From positions 1 through 60,509 of the forward strand of contig JBGTKD010000199.1 of NCBI GenBank assembly GCA_041744795.1: a stretch of DNA of 60,509 nucleotides, read 5' to 3'. Below are positions 18,046 through 26,675 of the stretch, one piece after another. This stretch comes from Acidimicrobiia bacterium. Lineage in GTDB: Bacteria; Actinomycetota; Acidimicrobiia; Spongiisociales; ZC4RG35. A model generated the notes under the pieces. That model saw only the letters and a list, made by a program, of their open reading frames with translations. It had not been told where the DNA came from and did no database searches. Made by a program: the position numbers and the translations under genes. How positions within the stretch are numbered: the first letter of the stretch is position 1; each line of letters opens with the position of its first letter.

Positions 18046-19548
18046 TCAGCGGAGTTCTTGCTCTGCCCGTCTTACGAGCGCGTGCTCCTCCTCGGGGGAC
18101 TGCGCCACCAGGCGGTGACGGCTGAATCCCCAGTAGTAGGCGAACATGATTAGCACGAAAATGCCAGTCCCAATTACGCCCGGACGGTTCTCAGCGATGG
18201 CGAGGGTTGCCACCAGGGTGATCAGGGAAATCACGACTCCGACGACTGCTCCCGGGACGCCCAGAGGGCTCGTGTAGGGCCGATCCAGGTCGGGGCGGGT
18301 TCGCTTCAGCTGGATGTAGGTGATCATCACCAACGAGTACGAGATCACCGCGCCGAAGACGGCCATCGTTAGGAGCGATGCCCCGACGATGCCCCCTCCG
18401 AAGAACTGGATCACGACTGCGACGCCGAACCCCACAACCGCACCCAGCAGCAGCGCCCTGTGGGGGGTCTTGCGGCTGGAGGTCACGGAGATGCCTCGGG
18501 GGATGTACCCCGATCGGGACGCTGCGAACAGCACCCGGCCGTAGGCATAGATAATCGAATGGAACGAAGCGATCAGCCCGGTGAGCGCAATGAAGGTCAG
18601 CGCCTGACTGGCGAAGCCCTCACCGAATACGGCCCGGAATCCCGCTTCCAGTGGTGCGCCGGATAAGCCGATCTCTAGCGCTCCTCCCGCCACACCCGAG
18701 TTCAGGACCAGCGTCAGGACCGACAGAATGAGCAGGGTGACGATGCCCCAAATCAGTGCCTTCGGCATGTCCTTCACTACATCATGGGACTCCTCGGCCG
18801 CCAGGGGCAGCTGTTCGATCGCCAAATAGAACCAAATGGCGAATGGCAACGCTGCAAATATTCCGAACCAGCCCTTGGGCAGGAATTCGGATGCCCCGGC
18901 CCGTGCTGTGTCGGCGGGGATGTTGGTGAGCAGCGCGGGGTCGAAGGCACCCGACACGAGTGCCCCGATGTAGAACACCGCCAGGATTGCCATCGAGGCG
19001 AGGGTTACGACCAGCGCCACCTTGAAGGTGAGCTCGGTTCCCCACACGTTGATCCCTACGAAGATGCCGTAGAAGATCAGCCACCAGACGATGTTGGCTC
19101 CCGAGTCACCGAAGACACCCGACAGGTCGAGCAACGAGTTGGCGTATCCGGAGATGCCCACAACGATCACCGCAGGCGTAATCACGTACTCCACCATGTC
19201 CGTCACGCTGTTGAAGTAAGCGAGGCCCGGTCCGTAGGCGTTGCGGGTGAAGCCGTAGAAGCCTCCCGCATGAGGAAGCGCAGTCGACATCTCGGCAATC
19301 GACAGCACCATGCACACAAACATCACCGCGATGAACACGGTTGCTATGAGCAGGCCGCCGAAACCGCCTGCATCTAGACCGAAGTTCCATCCGAAGAAGT
19401 CGCCGGAGATGACCGCTCCCACTCCGAGCGCCCACAACAGCACCCATCCGGCGCTCTTCTCTAACTGGCGATTCTCCAGATACGACTTGTCGACGTTGTC
19501 GTATGTGGCGCCTTTGACTCTGATCTTCCCGTCACTGCCTTGAGTCAT
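18046..19548 (-). CDS. APC-family amino-acid/ethanolamine permease (Eat-like)
   Basis: 500 aa with 12 TM helices. The N-terminus YLENRQLEKSAGWVLLWALGVGAVISGDFFGWNFGL matches my recollection of ethanolamine permeases. AGGAGAGAGG lies upstream of the ATG. Confidence 0.85.
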   Translation of the reverse strand: MTQGSDGKIRVKGATYDNVDKSYLENRQLEKSAGWVLLWALGVGAVISGDFFGWNFGLDAGGFGGLLIATVFIAVMFVCMVLSIAEMSTALPHAGGFYGFTRNAYGPGLAYFNSVTDMVEYVITPAVIVVGISGYANSLLDLSGVFGDSGANIVWWLIFYGIFVGINVWGTELTFKVALVVTLASMAILAVFYIGALVSGAFDPALLTNIPADTARAGASEFLPKGWFGIFAALPFAIWFYLAIEQLPLAAEESHDVVKDMPKALIWGIVTLLILSVLTLVLNSGVAGGALEIGLSGAPLEAGFRAVFGEGFASQALTFIALTGLIASFHSIIYAYGRVLFAASRSGYIPRGISVTSSRKTPHRALLLGAVVGFGVAVVIQFFGGGIVGASLLTMAVFGAVISYSLVMITYIQLKRTRPDLDRPYTSPLGVPGAVVGVVISLITLVATLAIAENRPGVIGTGIFVLIMFAYYWGFSRHRLVAQSPEEEHALVRRAEQELR

Positions 19549-20071
19549 TTCGTCCTCTCTCCTGTCACACTTGGGTGGCGCGTTGCGCCATGACTAGAAC
19601 GGCGGGGTCACGGTGGGCTGCGCGACGGGCGACGGCCAGCGAAGCCCTCACGACTCCCTCTTGCGGCCACACCTGACATGCCTGTCCTCCGCCTTGCATG
19701 TGTGTCCGTACGTCGACCTGCGGGTCGCTCCGCGAGCAGATGGCTCTCTCGGTCGGGCACACGCCCAGTATTCCGGTTGGCCTATTCCCTGCGGCCCCGG
19801 CGCCCGGGAATGATTGGCTCATTCCGGGCCGGGAGAGGTTCCGTGAGGGTTTCCGGCCGGTCGGACTGTACAACTGGGATCGCAGCCGTGTCGGGCGGTT
19901 GGCCAGTGAATATTTCGGCGCTGATGGGTCACCGACCAGCGCGTCCTACTCCGAACGGCGAGAAGTCCGCGGTCATGGGGAGTGGCGGCGAACCCGGTGC
20001 ACGCTGCACGTTTGAACCTCGCTCCGTGTCGGCCGCAGCTACATTCCACCGCCCCTAGCCGAAAGAGTCAT

Positions 20072-20470
20072 ATGACTAGTGACGTAACCACGCTTGAGTC
20101 ACATGCTGCCTGGGTTCTGTTGGCTGCGTTTGCCATTTCCCTCGCTTACGAACTTTGGCGGTCCACGGCGAAAGCTGGCACTTCGCGGCACGACTCGATG
20201 AGGGTGTTCATTACTCAGGGCATCGTGATCTACGTTGTTGGGGCGGTAGTCGTCGGCCTCTTGCTGGCAGGAGTGGCCGGGGCGGCTTGGATAGGACTCG
20301 TCACCGCAGTCGGTGGAATCCTCGTGTCTGTCTTCTATTACAACCCGGTTGTGATGCCCGAGCGGCAACCGGAACTGATCGATTGGGTCGAGGATCTGGT
20401 GTTCACCGGCCTGTTGTTTGTTGCCGCCGCGCTGCTGGCCTACGAAGTTCTCGGCAAGTCCCTCGTCTGA
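20072..20470 (+). CDS. Small hypothetical membrane protein (4 TM helices)
   Basis: ATG at 20072, preceded by GAAAGAG. Helices are AAWVLLAAFAISLAY, GIVIYVVGAVVVGLLLAGV, WIGLVTAVGGILVSVFY and LVFTGLLFVAAALLAY. The upstream part of track ORF 19982..20470 is non-coding-like. Confidence 0.55.
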   Translation: MTSDVTTLESHAAWVLLAAFAISLAYELWRSTAKAGTSRHDSMRVFITQGIVIYVVGAVVVGLLLAGVAGAAWIGLVTAVGGILVSVFYYNPVVMPERQPELIDWVEDLVFTGLLFVAAALLAYEVLGKSLV

Positions 20471-20476
20471 GGTTCC

Positions 20477-20968
20477 TCACCGCACCCCTGCTCTGCCTGC
20501 CGCGACACGCCAAAAGTGGTCATCGCCGTCGGCTGTCTCGGCTGCCTCGTACGCCGCCTTGGACTCTTCCGGGGTCAGCACACTCACCAGACAGAACTCG
20601 TTTCCGAAAGGATCCTGCATCACCGCCCAGTCGATCCGCGGCGTCTCGTTTTCATATGAGCGGGGCCGTGGATAGATGCTGGGGTTCTTCTTCAGGTGCC
20701 CACCGATGGCAACGATCTGAGCGACTGCGGAATCGACATCGGCGACCCATATGTCTACGTGTGACCTGTTGGCCTCGGGCCCTTTCGGGGTCGAGACCAA
20801 GTGAAGGATGACTTCGTGGCGCCAAGGATCGCTCTGACCGAGATAAGAGAAGCGGCCGCGGAAGGCCGAGGATATGACCGGGAGGCCGGTTACCTCGGAC
20901 CAGAAAGCTTCTGCGACGGCGAGGTCATTCACGTCGATCACTTGGCAGCGAAGTTTTCCGATTCCCAC
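20477..20968 (-). CDS. VOC/glyoxalase-family protein
   Basis: Glyoxalase-like pattern (…QVIDVNDLAVAEAFWSEVTG…HVDIWVADVD…MQDPFGNEFCL). GTG 20968 is preceded by GGAGGGAG with 5-nt spacing. Confidence 0.75.
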   Translation of the reverse strand: MGIGKLRCQVIDVNDLAVAEAFWSEVTGLPVISSAFRGRFSYLGQSDPWRHEVILHLVSTPKGPEANRSHVDIWVADVDSAVAQIVAIGGHLKKNPSIYPRPRSYENETPRIDWAVMQDPFGNEFCLVSVLTPEESKAAYEAAETADGDDHFWRVAAGRAGVR

Positions 20969-20997
20969 TGTGGCTCCCTCCGGCTGGCACGCCAAGC

Positions 20998-21016
20998 ATA
21001 CTCACATTGCGAGTAT
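20998..21016. promoter_or_regulatory. Inverted repeat in the VOC / PadR divergent region (candidate PadR operator)
   Basis: ATACTC-N7-GAGTAT, located 12 nt upstream of the padR-like ATG. Confidence 0.3.
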
Positions 21017-21027
21017 CATGGTTACAA

Positions 21028-21738
21028 ATGATTTCTGCTTCTCCCACCACCTACGGACTCCTCGGAATGCTGTCGGTACGGCCTTGGACAGGCTACGAAC
21101 TGACTAGACAGGTGCGCCGAAGCCTTCGTTTCGCTTGGCCGCTGTCAGAGGGACACCTCTATCGGGAACAGACCCGACTCGTAGCGCTTGGCTGGGCGAC
21201 GGTGAAGAAGGAGCGATCTGGAGGCCGACAGCGCAACCGGTACGCGATCACCGCGGCTGGGCGCTCGGCGCTCGTCGAGTGGCTCGCCACGGAACCGGAG
21301 GAGCCGCACTTTCAGATCGAAGGAATCCTTCGAACCTTTTTTGCGGATCAGAGCAGTCCGCAGCATCTCGCCAACTCAATGCGATCGACCGCCACCATGG
21401 CGCGTTCGATGGGCGAAGAGTTGGCCGGATTTGTTCTGGAGTACCTGGAGGAAGGCGGTCCGTTGTCGATGCTCGAGCAAGGGGTGGGAGGACCCGATGA
21501 CGAGCGTCTCGAGTTCCACGGTCGACCGGTGTTCCCCGAACGGCTGCACGTGGTTGCTCTCACCGTCGATGTGTTGACCCAACTCTTAGAAACCCTCGAA
21601 CACTTTTTCGTCGAAGCTGCGGAAACCGTCGACGCCTGGCCTGACACCACCGACGTTTCGCTTACCTCTGCCACGCGCAGCCGTCTCGAGCGAATAGTGA
21701 CCCGTGCCGGCCGCAGTCCCGAGTCCGATTCGCCATAA
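21028..21738 (+). CDS. PadR-family transcriptional regulator (long form with C-terminal domain)
   Basis: N-terminal winged helix TTYGLLGMLSVRPWTGYELTRQV...LYREQTRLVALGW. ATG at 21028; the track ORF begins at an upstream TTG at 21007. Confidence 0.8.
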   Translation: MISASPTTYGLLGMLSVRPWTGYELTRQVRRSLRFAWPLSEGHLYREQTRLVALGWATVKKERSGGRQRNRYAITAAGRSALVEWLATEPEEPHFQIEGILRTFFADQSSPQHLANSMRSTATMARSMGEELAGFVLEYLEEGGPLSMLEQGVGGPDDERLEFHGRPVFPERLHVVALTVDVLTQLLETLEHFFVEAAETVDAWPDTTDVSLTSATRSRLERIVTRAGRSPESDSP

Positions 21739-21917
21739 TCGGGAGGTCGAGGACGGGAACTACGAGCAAGTCGACAGAAACTCCTGACGCTTTCACCCTC
21801 TTCGCCTTCGCTGGAGCGGTTCTGCTCGGAGGCGGGAACTTTCTAGCTGTTCGGTTCAGCAACACCGAACTGCCCCCGTTCTGGGGCGCCGGCCTGAGAT
21901 TTTCGATCGCCGGTCTC

Positions 21918-22691
21918 TTGTTCATCGGCATTGTGGCGGTCTTCCGACTCCCACTGCCACGGGGCACTCAACTGCGTCTGACTCTGGTTTACGGGCTTTT
22001 CACATTCACGTTTTCCTATGCCCTCATGTACTGGGCACTGGTGACTGTTACCGCGGGAATGGCAGCCGTGATCCTTGCTTCGGTCCCCCTCGTGACGCCG
22101 CTCTTGGCAGCTGTCGAGCGGCTGGAACCGCTGAACCGCAGGGCGCTCGCGGGCGCGTTCATTGCGCTGGGCGGAATCGTTTGGATGACAGTCGGTCCGG
22201 AAGGCCTGGTTCTGCCGCTGGCGGGCCTCCTGGCGATCACCGTGGCCGCCTTCACCATCTCCCAGAGCGTGATCCTCAGCAAACGGGTTGCCGCCAATCA
22301 CCCTGCGGTAACCAACGCGGTGGGAATGACGGCAGGCGCCGCAACACTCATGGTCATCTCGGCTGTGGCTGGTGAAACCTGGGCGATCCCACAAGAAACT
22401 CAGGCAAGGTGGGCCCTGATATACCTCGTCACGTTCGGCTCCGTGGGCCTGTTCGTCCTGATGCTCATGGTGATGCGTCGCTGGACCGCTTCAGCCACGG
22501 CCTACAGCTTCGTGCTTTTCCCTGTCGTGACGATGCTGCTGGAAGCCTGGCTGACCGATGAACCACTCACCGCGCGCGGCTTGACCGGTGCCGTTGTTGT
22601 GATGGCCGGGGTGTGGTTCGGGGCGCTTGCACCCTCGGCCCGTTCCCCTGTGCCGCCGGCTGGAGAAATCGAGTCTGCGCCCGTTCGCTAA
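21918..22691 (+). CDS. EamA/DMT-family transporter (start probably further upstream, non-canonical)
   Basis: Multi-TM EamA-like sequence. The same frame is open back to 21645 and encodes a plausible first TM helix (AFTLFAFAGAVLLGGGNFLAV), but it has no in-frame ATG, GTG or TTG before 21918. Confidence 0.75.
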   Translation: MFIGIVAVFRLPLPRGTQLRLTLVYGLFTFTFSYALMYWALVTVTAGMAAVILASVPLVTPLLAAVERLEPLNRRALAGAFIALGGIVWMTVGPEGLVLPLAGLLAITVAAFTISQSVILSKRVAANHPAVTNAVGMTAGAATLMVISAVAGETWAIPQETQARWALIYLVTFGSVGLFVLMLMVMRRWTASATAYSFVLFPVVTMLLEAWLTDEPLTARGLTGAVVVMAGVWFGALAPSARSPVPPAGEIESAPVR

Positions 22692-23117
22692 TCAGCCGAG
22701 TTGGGCGGTCGTGCTTTCCAGCCTGCGAGCGAGTTCCTGAATGACTGCCATTGCCACTGCCGGGTTGCGTTCCACGAACGGCACGAGATCCCACTTGGCG
22801 ACGCGAAAGGCTCGGGTCTCGGTCTTTGCGTAGACGCCAGCTGACCGAGGGGTGCCCGAGTCGGCGAAAAGGGCCATCTCGCCGATGTGGGCACCGCTTC
22901 CCATGGTCGTCACGACGTTGTCACCCCGTCTGACCTCGACCTCTCCGTCGAGGACGATCCACATCGTCATCGCCTCTGTGGTGCCCTCCTGGACGATCGT
23001 CTCTCCAGGAGCGAAATCCCTGACGGAGGCGAAGGATGCCAACCGCTGGGCGTCGTCTTTCGACAACGCGCCCAGGAACGGCGACGACTCGATTAGTGCG
23101 AGGATCTCATCCGACAT
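22692..23117 (-). CDS. Stand-alone cyclic-nucleotide-binding domain protein
   Basis: 141 aa with the canonical phosphate-binding cassette GEMALFADSGTPRSAGVYA. There is no DNA-binding or other effector domain. Confidence 0.8.
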   Translation of the reverse strand: MSDEILALIESSPFLGALSKDDAQRLASFASVRDFAPGETIVQEGTTEAMTMWIVLDGEVEVRRGDNVVTTMGSGAHIGEMALFADSGTPRSAGVYAKTETRAFRVAKWDLVPFVERNPAVAMAVIQELARRLESTTAQLG

Positions 23118-23162
23118 TTAATGCCCTTTCCGGTGTGACAGGCACGATACCGAGCGCGTCGG

Positions 23163-23900
23163 TCAGGTGCAGAGACCGTCCTCTGTCACGCCACGTCCGC
23201 ACAAGGTGGTGACTTCGACGGACTTGATGCCGAACGTTTCGTCGTCTGGCTGTCCGAACACGTGGACGCGGAACCCGCGAACCGAGTCATCGCCGATCCC
23301 GATGACGTCGAAGGTCACTTCACCTAGGTCTCCCACCGTCGGCGCAACAGTCAGGACGATGTTGGAGGCGGGTTCGTCGGAGGCGAATGTCTCGGCCACG
23401 ATCAGACCGATGTCGAGCATCGTTTCGGCTACGGGTGAGTCGCCAAGAGTCGCCAACACCGAGGCAGTCTGGTCATCGGTCGCACCGATGTATCCGATGA
23501 AGCTGAAGTGGACCCATCCTTGGGTTCCCTCGTAGTCGACTTCGATCCAGAAGGAGTCACCGAGGTCGCGGGTGTTTCCCAGCGCGACGAGTGACTCGAA
23601 CAGGTTCGGAATCTCGGCCACGATCGTCTGATCTGCCCCCGGTGCCTGTCGCAGGTTCAGCACGTCGTCGTGGGCCACACCGATCACCGCAACAACATCG
23701 CCCTCAGCCGGACCGAAGTCGACCGATTCGCCCGGAAGGTCGGTCGGTTGGGTGGTAGTCGTGGTCGTCTCGGTCGTGGTCGTCGTCGGTGCCGTGGTGG
23801 TCGTGCCAGCCGTGGTTGTGGTTGTCGTGGCTTCGGTATCTGCGCCGCCACAGGCAGCCAGAACAAGCAACAACGCGGTCAAAGGTACGAGTTTGCTCAT
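23163..23900 (-). CDS. Lipoprotein with Thr-rich linker and SH3-like domain
   Basis: Signal peptide with lipobox LAAC, a poly-Thr linker of about 40 aa, then VIGVAHDDVLNLRQAPGADQTIVAEIP...WIEVDYEGTQGWVH, which resembles a bacterial SH3 domain. Confidence 0.7.
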   Translation of the reverse strand: MSKLVPLTALLLVLAACGGADTEATTTTTTAGTTTTAPTTTTTETTTTTTQPTDLPGESVDFGPAEGDVVAVIGVAHDDVLNLRQAPGADQTIVAEIPNLFESLVALGNTRDLGDSFWIEVDYEGTQGWVHFSFIGYIGATDDQTASVLATLGDSPVAETMLDIGLIVAETFASDEPASNIVLTVAPTVGDLGEVTFDVIGIGDDSVRGFRVHVFGQPDDETFGIKSVEVTTLCGRGVTEDGLCT

Positions 23901-23972
23901 GAGATTCTCCCTGTCTTCTAGGAGTGAGACGAAATGCAGTCCACTCAGGTTCCCGTCAGCTGTCGCCCTTCA

Positions 23973-26495
23973 TTAGGCAACGGGAAACTCGACGGTGAAG
24001 ACAGTCCACCCGTCTTCCACATTCAAGGCAACGGTGCCGTCCATGGCCTCGGTCAGGGTCCGGACGACCGACAGACCCAGCCCGAGGGCGTCAGGCTGCC
24101 CCGCCCGGTCATGGGCACTGAAGAAGGGCTCAAAGATCGTCTCCACAAGATGCTCGGGGACTCCATCACCATCGTCCGATACGCGGATGGCCACCGATTC
24201 GGCGGTCACGACGCTCTCGACGCGGATGTTGGATCCGCCGTACCGGACAGCATTGCTAACGAGGTTCCGAAGCACCTGTCGCAAGCGGAGCGGGTCGGCT
24301 CTGACCGCTGGAGTACTAGTGATCACATGCTCGATGCTCACATCGGGGTTTGGGCGATGGTGACCAAGGACCTCGCGAATCTCAGAAGCGACATCTACCG
24401 CTTGCATTTGCACAGCAAGCGCCCCCATCTCGGCTCGGGCGGCTACGAGGAGATCGTCGACGATGGCGGCCATATCGGTGGCCTGGCGACGAATCTCGGA
24501 GGCGAACTGGGCGAGTTCGCTTGGCTCGAGGGCCTTGGTGTCCTCAAGCAGGCTGGCGAAACCGAGCACCGACGTGAGCGGGGTTCGGAGCTCGTGGCTG
24601 ACCGAAGCGATCAAGCGGTCCTTGGATCGGGCGAACTCGGCGGCCTGCCTGGCTGCCTCGCGCAGTTCGGTGATGTCGATATGCATGACAACAGCGGCGT
24701 CGAGGGGCATGACCGAGCGTGATACTTCGACACGAAACCACATGTGGGAGCACTGGTACACATGGCTGAACTTCTCCACGTCGCCACCCAGGACCCGTCG
24801 AATTCCCTCACCGACGATGGAAGCGTCATCGACGGGAGAACGGTCACATACCTCCAAGTAGTTGACTCCCACACCCACCTTGGTCAGGTCGGCGTCCTGT
24901 TCGATCGCGTTTTGGCGCCACACCTCGTTGACGGCCGTTATCGAGCCGTCCAAATCGAGCACCGCCGCAGGGAATTGGACGGACTCCAATATCGAGGTGG
25001 CCATCGCAGTCTGGACCGCAGCCTGGTCTTCGGCTCTCCGGAGATCGGTCAAGTCCACCACCACACCGAGAAATCCCACAGGGACACCGTCGGATCCCTT
25101 GAACAAAGTGTTCGTGACGAAGGTCGGGAAGGTAGAGCCATCCTTTCTCTGACACAGGTACTCGCCCTCCCAAGATCCGGTCTCCTGCATCGAGGCCATA
25201 ATCTCGGCGCCTCGTTCCAACTCGGACTCGGCGGGGGTGAGTTCGAGGATCGGCCGTCCGATGGCTTCGGTCTCTGACCAGCCGAACAGGGCCTCGGCCA
25301 CCCGGTTCCAGTAGACAACGGTTCCGCTGGTGTCCGTGGTGATCACGGCATTGCTGACCTGGTCGAGCATCGACGCCTGCCATCGAACTCGCCGCTCGTT
25401 TTCCAGTTGGGCTGTGACGTCTGTCAAGGCGCCATAGAGGACCGTCACGCCGCGATTGTCGGTGACTCCTCGCATTCTCATCCGGACTGTGATCGGGGTT
25501 CCGTCCAAGCGCCTCATCGCGACGTCCTCGTCTTCGATTGCTTCCCCCGCCCGGATTCTGTTCACCAGGTCGAGTCGTACGGCAGGATTCTCGTAAAGAC
25601 CTCTAACGCCGGTAGCTCTGAGATCTTCGACTGAATCGGCTCCGAATATCGACACCAGCGCGTTGTTGGCTTCCAGGAGTCCGCCTTCTGGGGTGGTCCG
25701 GAACAGGCCGACAGGAGCCTCGGTGACTATCTCGGAGTACCACTGCCTAGTACGCGACACCTCGCGCTCTGCACGCCAGTTGGACACCGCGTAGCGAAGC
25801 GTGCGGCCGATCCACGACGCCACGATCTCACTCTTGATCAGGTGATCGTGCGCTCCGCTCTCGAGTGCTATCAGATCGAGGGCGGAGTCACTCACCGTGG
25901 TGATGAAGATCATCGGTCCTGAGGCCACGGAATGAAGTTCATGTATGAGGTCCAACCCGGAGCCGCCCGGTAGTTGGTGACCGATGAGAATCACATCGTG
26001 GACCCTTGCGAGAATGGCCGCACGACCCTGTTGGACGTTGCGTACTTCGTCGACTGTCACCTCGATCCCCGGCGCAGCTAACAGCTCTTTGCTCAGACGC
26101 TCCAGGTCTTCGCTGTCGTCGACTATCAGCACCCGCAGTCGGTCCGGCGTCTTGCCGGATGGAGCCGATCCGATCCAGGAGGTGAGCTGTGCTCCGGCCG
26201 CATTGAGCCATCGCTCGCGGCGGTCCAGCGCCAGATACAGAAGCCCGCCGGTGATGATGACAAACCCGATTCCCTTCACGATCGAGAACCTCATGTCGAG
26301 AGCGCCCGCCCCGATCACCGCCACAAAAAAGTCTGACGTGACTATCCACAGAAGGCTGATGACGATGTACCCGAGGGCGATATTCAGAGGGGACAAACGC
26401 AACCAGAAGCTCCCACCAGAAGCTTCCCCCGCTCCGAGGCGCACCTCGCCGGGCAGCGATGCAGGTTCCTGGGTTGGTTCCTCGGGAAGCGTCAT
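23973..26495 (-). CDS. Membrane-anchored hybrid-like sensor histidine kinase (2 TM, pseudo-receiver, 3 PAS, HisKA, HATPase_c)
   Basis: 840 aa. Two N-terminal TM helices, then a receiver-like domain (RVLIVDDSED...DVILIGHQLPGGSG...). Three PAS modules follow, then HisKA (LIASVSHELRTPLTSVLG) and HATPase_c (NLVSNAVRYG...DDGDGVP...GLGLSVV). Confidence 0.85.
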   Translation of the reverse strand: MTLPEEPTQEPASLPGEVRLGAGEASGGSFWLRLSPLNIALGYIVISLLWIVTSDFFVAVIGAGALDMRFSIVKGIGFVIITGGLLYLALDRRERWLNAAGAQLTSWIGSAPSGKTPDRLRVLIVDDSEDLERLSKELLAAPGIEVTVDEVRNVQQGRAAILARVHDVILIGHQLPGGSGLDLIHELHSVASGPMIFITTVSDSALDLIALESGAHDHLIKSEIVASWIGRTLRYAVSNWRAEREVSRTRQWYSEIVTEAPVGLFRTTPEGGLLEANNALVSIFGADSVEDLRATGVRGLYENPAVRLDLVNRIRAGEAIEDEDVAMRRLDGTPITVRMRMRGVTDNRGVTVLYGALTDVTAQLENERRVRWQASMLDQVSNAVITTDTSGTVVYWNRVAEALFGWSETEAIGRPILELTPAESELERGAEIMASMQETGSWEGEYLCQRKDGSTFPTFVTNTLFKGSDGVPVGFLGVVVDLTDLRRAEDQAAVQTAMATSILESVQFPAAVLDLDGSITAVNEVWRQNAIEQDADLTKVGVGVNYLEVCDRSPVDDASIVGEGIRRVLGGDVEKFSHVYQCSHMWFRVEVSRSVMPLDAAVVMHIDITELREAARQAAEFARSKDRLIASVSHELRTPLTSVLGFASLLEDTKALEPSELAQFASEIRRQATDMAAIVDDLLVAARAEMGALAVQMQAVDVASEIREVLGHHRPNPDVSIEHVITSTPAVRADPLRLRQVLRNLVSNAVRYGGSNIRVESVVTAESVAIRVSDDGDGVPEHLVETIFEPFFSAHDRAGQPDALGLGLSVVRTLTEAMDGTVALNVEDGWTVFTVEFPVA

Positions 26496-26675
26496 GGGGC
26501 AAGCCTAAGAGACATGGTCAACTCTGGCGGATCGTGCGGAGCATTCCAGAGAGAATGTCGCCATCTCCTGTCTCGGTTAGAGGAATGCTGAACTCCACCT
26601 TGGAACAGATCCCATCGTCTGCATGAAGGCCAGGAAAGTCCCGGTCGCGGCGATGGACTCTTCTCGGCTGGCGAC

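Noticed and set aside
19549-20071. RNase P RNA, cobalamin riboswitch, glutamine (glnA) riboswitch or tmRNA in the long intergenic region.
   Set aside because: Only short partial matches were seen: GAGAAGTCCGCGG and GCGAACCCGGTGCA lie 40 nt apart instead of about 300 nt, there is an ACTGTA fragment, and CGGAGUAGG is present. The defining motifs are absent (GAGGAAAGUCCGG with ACAGAACCCGGCUUA spacing, B12 box, closing GAACG helix). The region is kept only as an unclassified structured region.
23740-23835. Short tandem GTN/GGT repeats, also seen at 30720..30800 and 45720..45790, as possible CRISPR or VNTR elements.
   Set aside because: They are in frame inside lipoprotein genes and simply encode poly-Thr linkers. 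There is no repeat-spacer architecture.
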